From NCBI GenBank assembly GCA_036149055.1, contig JAYZQJ010000120.1, positions 1 through 44,779 on the forward strand: DNA of 44,779 nt. The letters run 5' to 3'. Source of the stretch: Myxococcota bacterium. Lineage in GTDB: Bacteria > Myxococcota_A > Polyangia > Polyangiales > Sandaracinaceae. Under the pieces are notes generated by a model that ran no database searches, was not told the DNA's origin, and worked only from the letters and a program-made list of their open reading frames with translations. Positions within the stretch are counted from its first letter, which is position 1, and every line of letters begins with the position of its first letter. Shown here piece after piece: positions 36,667 to 44,779 of this stretch. The translations under genes and the position numbers were made by a program.

Positions 36667-39600
36667 ATGAGATGGGCGCTGACCAAGCTGGCCCTGCTCG
36701 GGTGGCTGCTCGGCGTGCTCTGCCTCGCCGCGCCCGCGCACGCCCAGCCCGCGTGGGATACGCCCTCCCCGCGCGGCTTCACCGAGGTCCCGCGGAGCGG
36801 CGGCCTGGTCGAGCTCGGCTTCTGGCAGGCCTCGCGGGACGACACCGCGCTCGCGTCCTTCTCGGTGCTCGGCCGCCTCGGCCTCGTGCTCGAGCGCACC
36901 ACCGAGATCCGCTTCACCTACGGCTTCACCTACGGCGACCTCGACGAGGAGATCTTCGGCCAGGCGGAGGCGTGGACGACCGGCAACCCGATGATCTCGG
37001 TGCTGCCGGTGATCGGCGACCAGAACGTCCGCCTCCGGCTCGGCGGCGGCATCGCGATCCCGGTGATCCAGGACCGCGACGCCGAGCGCAACGCGGCCTT
37101 CTTCGCCTCCGGCAGCCGCGGGCTGAGCGAGGTGTGGCTCTGGGCGCCGGAGCGCCTCGGCCTGGTGCCGGAGCTCAGCCTCGAGTGGGTGCCGGGCGAG
37201 CCCTTCTACTTCGAGGGCTCGGTGCGCCCCGGGGTCATGATCGCGCTCGACGACGACGTGGGCCTGCTGCCGCCCGAGGACAACGAGGACGGCGAGAACA
37301 TCGACCCGATCGACCTGGTGGTGGAGACCACCCTCGGCGCGGGGCTGCGCCACGAGCACGTGCTCGGCGGGGTCCGGCTGCGCGCGATCTTCAGCCCCAC
37401 GCTCGCGATGGAGAGCGTGCAGACCTCGGCCGAGGTGTTCGCCCGGGTCACCGGCATGATCACCGACTCGATCGAGCTGTTCGGCGAGGCCCGCCTGAAC
37501 GTGGCCCTCGACCCGAACCTCGGCTTCGGCTTCACGGAGCTCGGCTTCTGGGGCGCCTTCCTCTCGATCGGCGCCGCGGCCGCACCGGCCGAGATCCCGC
37601 CCGGTCGCTACGGCGTGGAGAACCTCGAGGTCCGGGGCGCCGAGCAGATGGACGCGCTCGCGCTGACCGCCTGCCTCGGCACCCGCGAGCGCTCGACGTT
37701 CAACATCGACTTCGGCCTCCGCGGGCAGCCCTCGTGCGGCGAGCCGCCCTTCGACGCCGGCCACGCGGTGGTCGACTTCTGGCACTGGCCGTGGACCGAG
37801 TGGCCCCTGTACGACGAGAGCGTCTTCGAGCGCGATCTGGAGCGGGTCGAGCGCTGGTACCGGGCCCGCGGCTTCCTCGACGCCCGCGTGACGGACACGG
37901 TGGTCGACCCGCCCGCGGCCACCGCGGCCGACCGCGACGTCGAGAGCTGCGGCGCGGGCGACGAGAGCGACTGCACCGTCGACATCGTCGTGACCGTCGA
38001 GGAGGGTGAGCCGGCCCGGGTCGCCCGGATGTCGATCCGGGGCATCGACGCCCTCCCCGACCGGATGCGCGACCGGCTCCGCGCCCAGCTGCGGTTCACC
38101 CGCGGCGATCGCTTCGACGAGGCGCTCTACGAGCTGACCAAGCGCGACATGCTCCGCGTGCTCGCCGACGCCGGCTACGCGCACGCACGGGTCGAGGGCG
38201 CGGTGAAGCTGAACCGCAGCCGCCACGAGGCCTACCTGATCTTCGTGATCGACGCCGAGCTGCCCAACGTCATCGGCCGGGTGTGCGTGTCGGGCTACGA
38301 GAACCTGCCGCCCGACATCCTGCTCACGGTGGCCGACCTCTCGGCAGGGGAGACCTTCAGCCTGGCCGGCCTCGAAGAGGCGCAGCGCGCCCTCTACGCG
38401 CTCGGCGCCTTCAGCAGCGTGGAGGTGTCCCCGGAGACCCGAGAGGAGGCGGAGCCGGAGGACGACGACGCGATGGTGCCGAGCGCCACCGACCGGCCGG
38501 TCGTCGACGCGGAGGACGTCGAGGTGCAGGTGGGCGACGTCGAGCGCTTCTGCCAGGACGGCCCCGAGGAGGTGCGCGAGGGCCACGAGCCGGTCGACAT
38601 CCAGATCGAGGTCTCGCCGGGGCGCGCCTTCCGGTACGGCTTCGGCGGCGGCTTCCAGGCGGGCCAGGCGGTGACGTTCGGCACCGTCACCACCTCCACC
38701 AACCAGCAGAACGCCGCCCAGTGGGACATCCACCTCAGCGGCACGCTGGAGCACCGCAACCTCTTCGACCGGCTCGTGCGCTGGCGCTTCGAGCTGCGGC
38801 CCCGGCTCATCTTCGAGATGCCGGTGCTCAACTTCACGCCGGCCCAGAACCCGCCCTTCGGTCTGCAGGCGGTCACCCAATTCCGCATCCCGGGCTTCCT
38901 CGAGGCGCGCACCAACGGGCTGATCCAGCTCACCTACGACCTGGGCCCGATGCCGTTCACCGGCTTCTTCCGCTCGGAGCTCGACGGCGTGGTCGGCCTC
39001 GACCGCACCTGGTTCGAGGGCCGCCTCTACACGGCCGCCTTCGTGCACGGGAACTGGTTCTTCCCCACCGACGTGCAGCCGGTCGACCCCACCCAGCAGC
39101 TCCCCGAGACCGGCGCGCTCTGGCTCGAGGAGGAGATCCGGCTCGATCTCCGGGACGACCCGCGCAACCCACGCAACGGGGCCTACTTCGCGGTCACGTC
39201 GCAGCAGAGCGTCCAGCCGCTGAGCTCGTGGGACATGATCGCCGTCAACGCCGAGGCCCGAGGGTACGTGTCGATCTTCGACGTCGTCTTGGCCGGGCGC
39301 TTCGCCATCGGCGTGATGCACGTCCAGAGCGCCGACCCGGATCTCCTCGCCGACAACGTCTACCAGCTCAACGTGCTCGGCCCGACGCGACTGCACCTCG
39401 TGGGCGGCGGCGCGTCGAGCAACCGCGGCTACCTCCCCGGCCTGCTCGGCGACTCGGTGCAGCGCTACGTGGACGTGCCCCGCTCGACCACCCAGCTCGA
39501 GCGAGGGCTCGACCGCACGCAGCGCCCGGTGCGCATCTCCGGCGGCACCCGCAGCTGGGAGGCGTCCATCGAGGTGCGCGTCCCGATCACCGCGGCGTTC

Positions 39601-39909
39601 GGCGTGGTGGGCTTCGCCGACGCCGGCGACGTCGCGCGCCCCGCGCTCGGCTCCACCTCGAGCGACGCGCCGTTCCGCTTCGACCACCCGCAGCTCTCCT
39701 TCGGGGTCGGCATCCGCTACCGCACCATCGTCGGCCCGCTGCGGCTGGACGTGGCCTACGCGCCGCCCGAGCTCCGGGTGCTCGGCGCCGACTCGTCGCT
39801 CCCGCCGGTCTGCGCGGTCGACACCGCCAACGAGTGCAACCCGCGCAACTTCCTGTTCGCGCGTGACTTCCCGGCCGCCATCCACATCACGATCGGAGAG
39901 GCGTTCTGA
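36667..39909 (+). CDS. Omp85/TamA-like outer membrane protein with additional N-terminal domain
   Basis: Signal peptide; POTRA motifs DLERVERWYRARGF, VEEGEP, GYAHARV, LYALGAFSSV; barrel motifs GGGASSNRGY, GFADAGDV, GVGIRYRTIVGPLRLDVAY, HITIGEAF. Upstream of a tamB-like gene. Confidence 0.88.
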   Translation: MRWALTKLALLGWLLGVLCLAAPAHAQPAWDTPSPRGFTEVPRSGGLVELGFWQASRDDTALASFSVLGRLGLVLERTTEIRFTYGFTYGDLDEEIFGQAEAWTTGNPMISVLPVIGDQNVRLRLGGGIAIPVIQDRDAERNAAFFASGSRGLSEVWLWAPERLGLVPELSLEWVPGEPFYFEGSVRPGVMIALDDDVGLLPPEDNEDGENIDPIDLVVETTLGAGLRHEHVLGGVRLRAIFSPTLAMESVQTSAEVFARVTGMITDSIELFGEARLNVALDPNLGFGFTELGFWGAFLSIGAAAAPAEIPPGRYGVENLEVRGAEQMDALALTACLGTRERSTFNIDFGLRGQPSCGEPPFDAGHAVVDFWHWPWTEWPLYDESVFERDLERVERWYRARGFLDARVTDTVVDPPAATAADRDVESCGAGDESDCTVDIVVTVEEGEPARVARMSIRGIDALPDRMRDRLRAQLRFTRGDRFDEALYELTKRDMLRVLADAGYAHARVEGAVKLNRSRHEAYLIFVIDAELPNVIGRVCVSGYENLPPDILLTVADLSAGETFSLAGLEEAQRALYALGAFSSVEVSPETREEAEPEDDDAMVPSATDRPVVDAEDVEVQVGDVERFCQDGPEEVREGHEPVDIQIEVSPGRAFRYGFGGGFQAGQAVTFGTVTTSTNQQNAAQWDIHLSGTLEHRNLFDRLVRWRFELRPRLIFEMPVLNFTPAQNPPFGLQAVTQFRIPGFLEARTNGLIQLTYDLGPMPFTGFFRSELDGVVGLDRTWFEGRLYTAAFVHGNWFFPTDVQPVDPTQQLPETGALWLEEEIRLDLRDDPRNPRNGAYFAVTSQQSVQPLSSWDMIAVNAEARGYVSIFDVVLAGRFAIGVMHVQSADPDLLADNVYQLNVLGPTRLHLVGGGASSNRGYLPGLLGDSVQRYVDVPRSTTQLERGLDRTQRPVRISGGTRSWEASIEVRVPITAAFGVVGFADAGDVARPALGSTSSDAPFRFDHPQLSFGVGIRYRTIVGPLRLDVAYAPPELRVLGADSSLPPVCAVDTANECNPRNFLFARDFPAAIHITIGEAF

Positions 39910-42900
39910 GGCGCGCGGCCAAACGCGTCGGGGCCACCGTCGGGTGGACGCTGGTGGGGCTGCTCGCGCTGCTGGCGAGCCTCGCCTATCACCTGCAGCT
40001 CCCGCTCGCCGGCGTGGTCGCGGTGGACACGCTGACCGCCCTGCTGAACCGGGAGATCCAGGGCGAGCTCGAGATCGGCGAGCTGCAGAACGTCAGCTGG
40101 GCCAAGCTGGTCGCGCGCGACGTGGTGGTGCGCGACCCGCAGGGCCGCGAGGTGATCCGCGTCGGCCGGGTGGCGGCGTGGCCCGACTTCTCGTCGCTCT
40201 TCGACGGCGTGATCCGCGTCGACCGCGCCCGGGCCCGCGACGGCACGGTGACCCTGTACGTGTCGGGCGAGGAGGAGGACAGCGTCTCGCTCGTCGACGC
40301 CTTCCAGCTGGCGACCCCCGGGCCGCCGAGCGCGCGGCCGCCGCCTCGGGTGGTGGTGGACGGCGTGGAGATCGTCAACGTGCTCGTGCAGGGAGACGCG
40401 CCCGGCTACGAGGGCATGCGCTTCGAGGACGTCGCCATCGTCGGCCGCGTCGAGGCGCAGCGCGACGTCCGCTTCATCGTGCACGACGGGAACGCGCGCA
40501 TGACCGGGCCCTACCCCGGCACCACCCACGTCGAGCGCATCGTCGGCCACTTCGACTCCGACATGGAGAGCGACGGCCTCGACTTCTTCGCGCGCGCGCG
40601 GCGTCACGACTCCCGGGTCCGCGCCCGCATCGAGCTGGTGCGCCCCGACGAGGAGGCGCCGCCGGTGATGGACCTGACGGTCGCGATGGAGCCCATCGAG
40701 ATGGCGACCCTCGCCGAGATGGAGATCGTCCCCGGGCTCGACTCGCTGCGCGGCACCTATCACGGGCACGCGCGCCTCTGGGGCCCGACCGACGACCTCG
40801 AGCTCCGGGCCGAGCTGCGCGGCGAGCCCGGCCACGTCTACGTGCAGGGCCAGCTGCCGAGCGAGGGCACCCTGGCGCTCGAGGCGTGGACCGACGGAGA
40901 GCTCGCGATCGCGGAGCTGGTGGCCGGCGGGCCGGCGCTCGACGTGGGCGGGCGCGTCCGCCTGGAGCTCGAGCCCGAGGATCCCCCCGGCTCCGGCGAG
41001 CGAGTCCAGAGGCTGCACGCCGAGGTGCGCCCGCTGAGCATCGAGGGCTATCAGATCCCCGGCTTCACGCTCGACGGCCTCCTGCAGGAGGACCAGATCC
41101 AGCTGACGCGCCTGCACGCCGACCTGGCGGGCGGCGGCGCCGACGTCAACGGCGAGATCGGCTTCGACGGCCGGCTCGACGTGCACGTCACCGCGCGGGT
41201 GCCGGCCATCCAGAACGAGCCCAACCTCCGGCGCCTCGCCCCCGACGCGCGAGGCTCGGCCTTCGTCGTGCTCGACGTGCGCGCCGACCCCGGCTTCGAG
41301 AACCTCCGGTTCGACGGCCGGCTGCGCCTCCGCGGCGCCCGCTACGGCACCGTGCGCGCCGACACCCTCGACGTCGCCGGCCAGGTGATCCCGGGCAGCG
41401 GCCCCGCCCCGACCCTGCGCGTCGACGGCACGGCGAGCGGCCTCCGGATCGGCGACGTGTCGCTCGGTGACGCCGAGGTCTCGATCCACGGCGGCCGAGG
41501 CGGCTACGAGGTCAGCGCCCGCGCCGCCGACCCGCAGGCGGGCACGCTGGTCCTCGTGCAGGGCCGCGCGACGTCGACCGAGCGCGGGCTGACCCTCGAC
41601 GCGCCGACCCTCGCGCTCGACTTCGGCGAAGGCGCCCCGCTCCGCGGTCGGCTCGGGCTGCGCTTCGCGCCCGGGCGCTCGATCACCCTCGACCCGCTGG
41701 TGCTCGAGCGCAACGACGAGCGCGTCGTCGCCCAGGGCACCTACCGCTTCAACGGGCCCGACGACTTCGACGTGCAGATGCTGAACGTCGACCTCGCGCA
41801 GCTCGCGCCCCTCGCCCCGGAGGCGCTCGAGGGGCTCGGCGGGCGGGTCGACGGGCAGCTGCAGGTGCGCGGGGACCTCGACCGACGACCGCAAGGAGAG
41901 CTGACCGCGCGGATCCGCGACGGCTCCTTCCGGGACGTCGACGACGTGAACGGCACGGTCCAGCTCTCCCTGGAGGGCACCACCCTCGGCACGAACGTGC
42001 AGCTCGACCTCGGCGACCAGGGGAGCGTCGCGCTGCAGGGGCCGATCGAGGTGACCGAGCGCGCGCTCCGCGATCCGTCGCGGCTGGTCGACGAGGCGAC
42101 GCTGGACGGCCTTCGGGTGGAGGCGGGGAACCTCGACCTCCGGCTCCTCGCGCGGCTCGGCGTGCTGGAGGAGATCCCCGTGCTCGGCCGGGTGACGACG
42201 AGCATCGAGCTCGGCGGCAGCGCGCGCACGCCGGGGCTGCGCGACGCGGTGGTGGTGCTCGACCGCATCGGCCTGCCGGGCTGGGACCCGCTCCGCGCGA
42301 AGCTCCGGCTGAGCTACGGCGAGGACCAGGTCGTGGTCCGCCAGCTCTGGATCGCGGACACCCAGGGCGAGATCGTCGAGGCGGAGGCCTCCCTCCCCTT
42401 CGCCCTGAACGACGTGCCGGAGGACTTCCGCGGCTTCTGGCGGCAGCTCTCGGCCCGCGCGTGGAGCGCCTCGGTGCGGGTGGCGCAGCGGCGGCTCGAC
42501 GGCTGGCCCCGGCCCCTGCGCGACTACGTGCCGGCCGGGCTGAGCGCGTCGCTGAGCCTGACCGCCCAGGGCGGGCCCGAGGGACCGCACGCGGACTTCT
42601 CCGCCGTCGGCCGCTACGTCGAGGCGGCCACCGCCGATCCCTGCGCCTCGGAGCTCCGGCCGCTGACCACGGTGCGCGGCACGCTCGACGGGGAGATCGC
42701 CGAGGCGCGCATCTACGGCTTCTTCGGCGGGTCCCGGGCCGGCCTCGACGCCACCGCCTTCGCGGTCCTCCCCCTCGACCAGTGGGTCCGCGCCGGCGAC
42801 GTGCCGGAGTTCCCCTCCACCGAGGTGACCGCCACCGTCTCCGACGTCTCGTTCGAGCAGGTCCCGTGGCTGTGCGGCGTGGGCTCGGGCCCGATCCGGG

Positions 42901-44600
42901 CGTCCCTCACCGCCAAGGACGTCTTGACCGACACCCCGGTGGTCGGGGCGGTGGTCGACCTGCCGCGCCTGCAAATCTGGGAGCTCGGCGGCGAGCGGGG
43001 CCAGGCGCGGCTCAGCCCCGAGTACCGCGTGCACGTCCGGGCCGGCAGCTCGCCCGAGCGGGACGCGGTGACCGCCTGCACGGTGCTCGGCCTCGCGAGT
43101 CAGCCGGGCACCACCGGCGAGCAGTGCCGCGAGGTCGCCGAGGCGGCGAGCGGGGAGATGGTCAGCCGCATCCGGGTGCCGGTGAGCTGGACGGCGGGCG
43201 AGCTGATGCCGTCCTACGTCGACGGCGGCGAGATCGTGAGCTGGAGCGACTTCGCGAGCGTGCACATGGAGCCGGTGCTGACCTTCATCCCCGGCATCGT
43301 GTCGGGCGACGCGGTCATGGACGGCAATGTGCAGGTCATCGGCCCCTGGGAGCGCCTCCGCCTCAGCGGCGAGCTCGACCTGGACGAAGGCCACCTCCAG
43401 ATCGAGGGCCTCGGCCAGCACCTCCACGACATCTCGGGGCGGGTGGAGCTCCACGGCGACGAGGCGATCTTCCCGGCGGATCGTCCCTTGCGCGCCTTCG
43501 ACTCGGGCGGGCGCGCGGTCGCCAGCGGTCGGGTCGGCTTCGAGGGCCTGGTGCCGCGGGAGCTGGACCTCTCGGTCGCGGCCGACGCGTTCCCGATCCG
43601 GCAGGAGGGCATGGTCCTCGCCTGGCTCAGCGGCAGCGCGGTCATCGGCGGCCAGATCACCGACGACCGCACCCAGACCCGCATCCGCACCCGGGACTTC
43701 ACGGTGCGCCTGCCGCAGCAGCAGGCGGGCAGCCTCCAGTCGCTCGAGCCCCACCACGAGGTGCTCGTGGTCGGCGGACAGCGCCCGGTGGGGGCGGCGG
43801 TCGTCGCGCGCGAGAGCTACCCGCTCGAGGTCACCATCGACGCGAGCGACCCCTTCTGGATCCGCCGCGACGACTTCTCGGCGCTGGTCCGCGCCCAGCT
43901 CGAGGCGACCTACCGCGACCCCGAGCTCCGCGTCTCCGGCCTCGCGACCCTGGTCCGCGGCACCTTCGAGATCTTCGGCAAGCGCTTCGAGCTTCAGGAC
44001 GGCGGCACGCTGAGCTTCGACGGCGGGCCCGAGCTCGACCCGCGCGTGAACATCACCGCGCTCTACGAGGTCCCCGGCCGGAGCGCGACGGTGACCGTGC
44101 ACGTGACCGGCTCGCTCACCGAGCCGCAGGTGCGCTTCGAGTCGAGCGAGGGCGGCGACCGGGCCCAGATCATCGCGCTGCTCGTCAGCGGCGGCCGCGG
44201 CGACTCCGGGACGAGCGAGCTGGACGCGAGCCAGGAGGCCGCGAGCTTCCTCGCCGGCCTCACCGCCGGCATCCTGACCCTGGGCCTGCGCCAGGAGTTC
44301 GGGGACGTCATCCCCGTGCTCGCGATCGAGAGCCAGGGCGTCGGCGGCACCCGCATCCGCGCCGGCTTCAACGCCAACGACCTCATCCCCGACTTCCTGC
44401 GCAACTTCGTCACCGGCATGTACATCGAGGGCTTCCTGAGCGCGGCCGCCGACGGAACGAACGCGGCCGGCTCCTCGAGCGGCTCCGGCGGCGTCGGCGG
44501 CGGCGTCAGCATCGAGCTGACCCTCCCCGAGAGCTTCCTCCTCCGCGGCACCTACGTCCCCGTCGACAACGGCTCCCTCGACGTCCTCTGGGAACCGTAA
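39906..44600 (+). CDS. Translocation/assembly module TamB-like protein
   Basis: N-terminal signal anchor, long beta-rich body, C-terminal GTFEIFGKRFEL..LSFDG..DPRVNITA..VTGSLTEP (DUF490-like). Start is either CTG 39906 (proposed) or GTG 39954. Confidence 0.85.
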   Translation: MRRAAKRVGATVGWTLVGLLALLASLAYHLQLPLAGVVAVDTLTALLNREIQGELEIGELQNVSWAKLVARDVVVRDPQGREVIRVGRVAAWPDFSSLFDGVIRVDRARARDGTVTLYVSGEEEDSVSLVDAFQLATPGPPSARPPPRVVVDGVEIVNVLVQGDAPGYEGMRFEDVAIVGRVEAQRDVRFIVHDGNARMTGPYPGTTHVERIVGHFDSDMESDGLDFFARARRHDSRVRARIELVRPDEEAPPVMDLTVAMEPIEMATLAEMEIVPGLDSLRGTYHGHARLWGPTDDLELRAELRGEPGHVYVQGQLPSEGTLALEAWTDGELAIAELVAGGPALDVGGRVRLELEPEDPPGSGERVQRLHAEVRPLSIEGYQIPGFTLDGLLQEDQIQLTRLHADLAGGGADVNGEIGFDGRLDVHVTARVPAIQNEPNLRRLAPDARGSAFVVLDVRADPGFENLRFDGRLRLRGARYGTVRADTLDVAGQVIPGSGPAPTLRVDGTASGLRIGDVSLGDAEVSIHGGRGGYEVSARAADPQAGTLVLVQGRATSTERGLTLDAPTLALDFGEGAPLRGRLGLRFAPGRSITLDPLVLERNDERVVAQGTYRFNGPDDFDVQMLNVDLAQLAPLAPEALEGLGGRVDGQLQVRGDLDRRPQGELTARIRDGSFRDVDDVNGTVQLSLEGTTLGTNVQLDLGDQGSVALQGPIEVTERALRDPSRLVDEATLDGLRVEAGNLDLRLLARLGVLEEIPVLGRVTTSIELGGSARTPGLRDAVVVLDRIGLPGWDPLRAKLRLSYGEDQVVVRQLWIADTQGEIVEAEASLPFALNDVPEDFRGFWRQLSARAWSASVRVAQRRLDGWPRPLRDYVPAGLSASLSLTAQGGPEGPHADFSAVGRYVEAATADPCASELRPLTTVRGTLDGEIAEARIYGFFGGSRAGLDATAFAVLPLDQWVRAGDVPEFPSTEVTATVSDVSFEQVPWLCGVGSGPIRASLTAKDVLTDTPVVGAVVDLPRLQIWELGGERGQARLSPEYRVHVRAGSSPERDAVTACTVLGLASQPGTTGEQCREVAEAASGEMVSRIRVPVSWTAGELMPSYVDGGEIVSWSDFASVHMEPVLTFIPGIVSGDAVMDGNVQVIGPWERLRLSGELDLDEGHLQIEGLGQHLHDISGRVELHGDEAIFPADRPLRAFDSGGRAVASGRVGFEGLVPRELDLSVAADAFPIRQEGMVLAWLSGSAVIGGQITDDRTQTRIRTRDFTVRLPQQQAGSLQSLEPHHEVLVVGGQRPVGAAVVARESYPLEVTIDASDPFWIRRDDFSALVRAQLEATYRDPELRVSGLATLVRGTFEIFGKRFELQDGGTLSFDGGPELDPRVNITALYEVPGRSATVTVHVTGSLTEPQVRFESSEGGDRAQIIALLVSGGRGDSGTSELDASQEAASFLAGLTAGILTLGLRQEFGDVIPVLAIESQGVGGTRIRAGFNANDLIPDFLRNFVTGMYIEGFLSAAADGTNAAGSSSGSGGVGGGVSIELTLPESFLLRGTYVPVDNGSLDVLWEP

Positions 44601-44625
44601 GGCGCAGAACGCGCCCTCCCCCCGT

Positions 44626-44645
44626 GCCCCGTGCCCCTGCCCGCG
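44626..44645 (+). repeat. 20-bp intergenic motif, copy 2
   Basis: Identical to 23606-23625; lies 25 nt after the tamB stop. Confidence 0.6.
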
Positions 44646-44669
44646 GACGAGCCGGGTCCAAGACCACGG

Positions 44670-44700
44670 CAGGCGACGAGCAGGCGACGAGCAAGCGACG
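44670..44700 (+). repeat. 11-bp tandem repeat CAGGCGACGAG (2 full copies plus a partial third)
   Basis: CAGGCGACGAG CAGGCGACGAG CAAGCGACG. Confidence 0.7.
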
Positions 44701-44779
44701 TCGCCGCACGCACCCTCGCCGGTCCGATCCCGCGGCAGCGGGCGGCCAGCTCGCGCGCGACCGCTTACAGTGGGCGCGT

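Noticed and set aside
44670..44700. Short tandem repeats as a CRISPR array
   Set aside because: 11-bp adjacent units with no spacers and no cas genes.

Overview
Very GC-rich bacterial chromosomal segment. The gene content points to Myxococcota, probably Polyangiales/Sandaracinaceae-like; this is an inference from the Hanks-type Ser/Thr kinases, PEGA/TPR modules, Cys-rich lipoproteins and a PilZ-Hsp70 fusion. About 32 real CDSs can be supported; most long ORFs in the track are GC-rich shadow frames. Main elements: (1) an atypical chaperone locus at 1.1-11.5 kb, where a tightly coupled minus-strand operon (UPF0182 membrane protein, TPR-like protein, J-like protein with HPD->APD, 854-aa Hsp70 with an inserted linker domain, TPR-like protein) converges on a PilZ-Hsp70 fusion; this is the best candidate for an undescribed system; (2) a PhnD-like protein / type ISP-like adenine MTase-TRD with two in-frame 15-bp VNTRs / Ser/Thr kinase trio; (3) a lower-GC islet (about 16.55-18.4 kb) with an internally duplicated orphan gene and an immunity-like orphan; (4) acyl-CoA/RidA metabolic genes, a desaturase, an esterase, secreted protease and papain-like lipoproteins, a degenerate GTPase-DUF697 gene and an amidoligase/C26 pair; (5) a kinase-PEGA / BMP lipoprotein / TPR operon; (6) a tamAB-like pair in which TamA has an extra N-terminal barrel-like domain and tamB may start at CTG. 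I saw no rRNA, tRNA, CRISPR array, transposase or integrase. All family calls come from motif recognition by eye; no searches were run.
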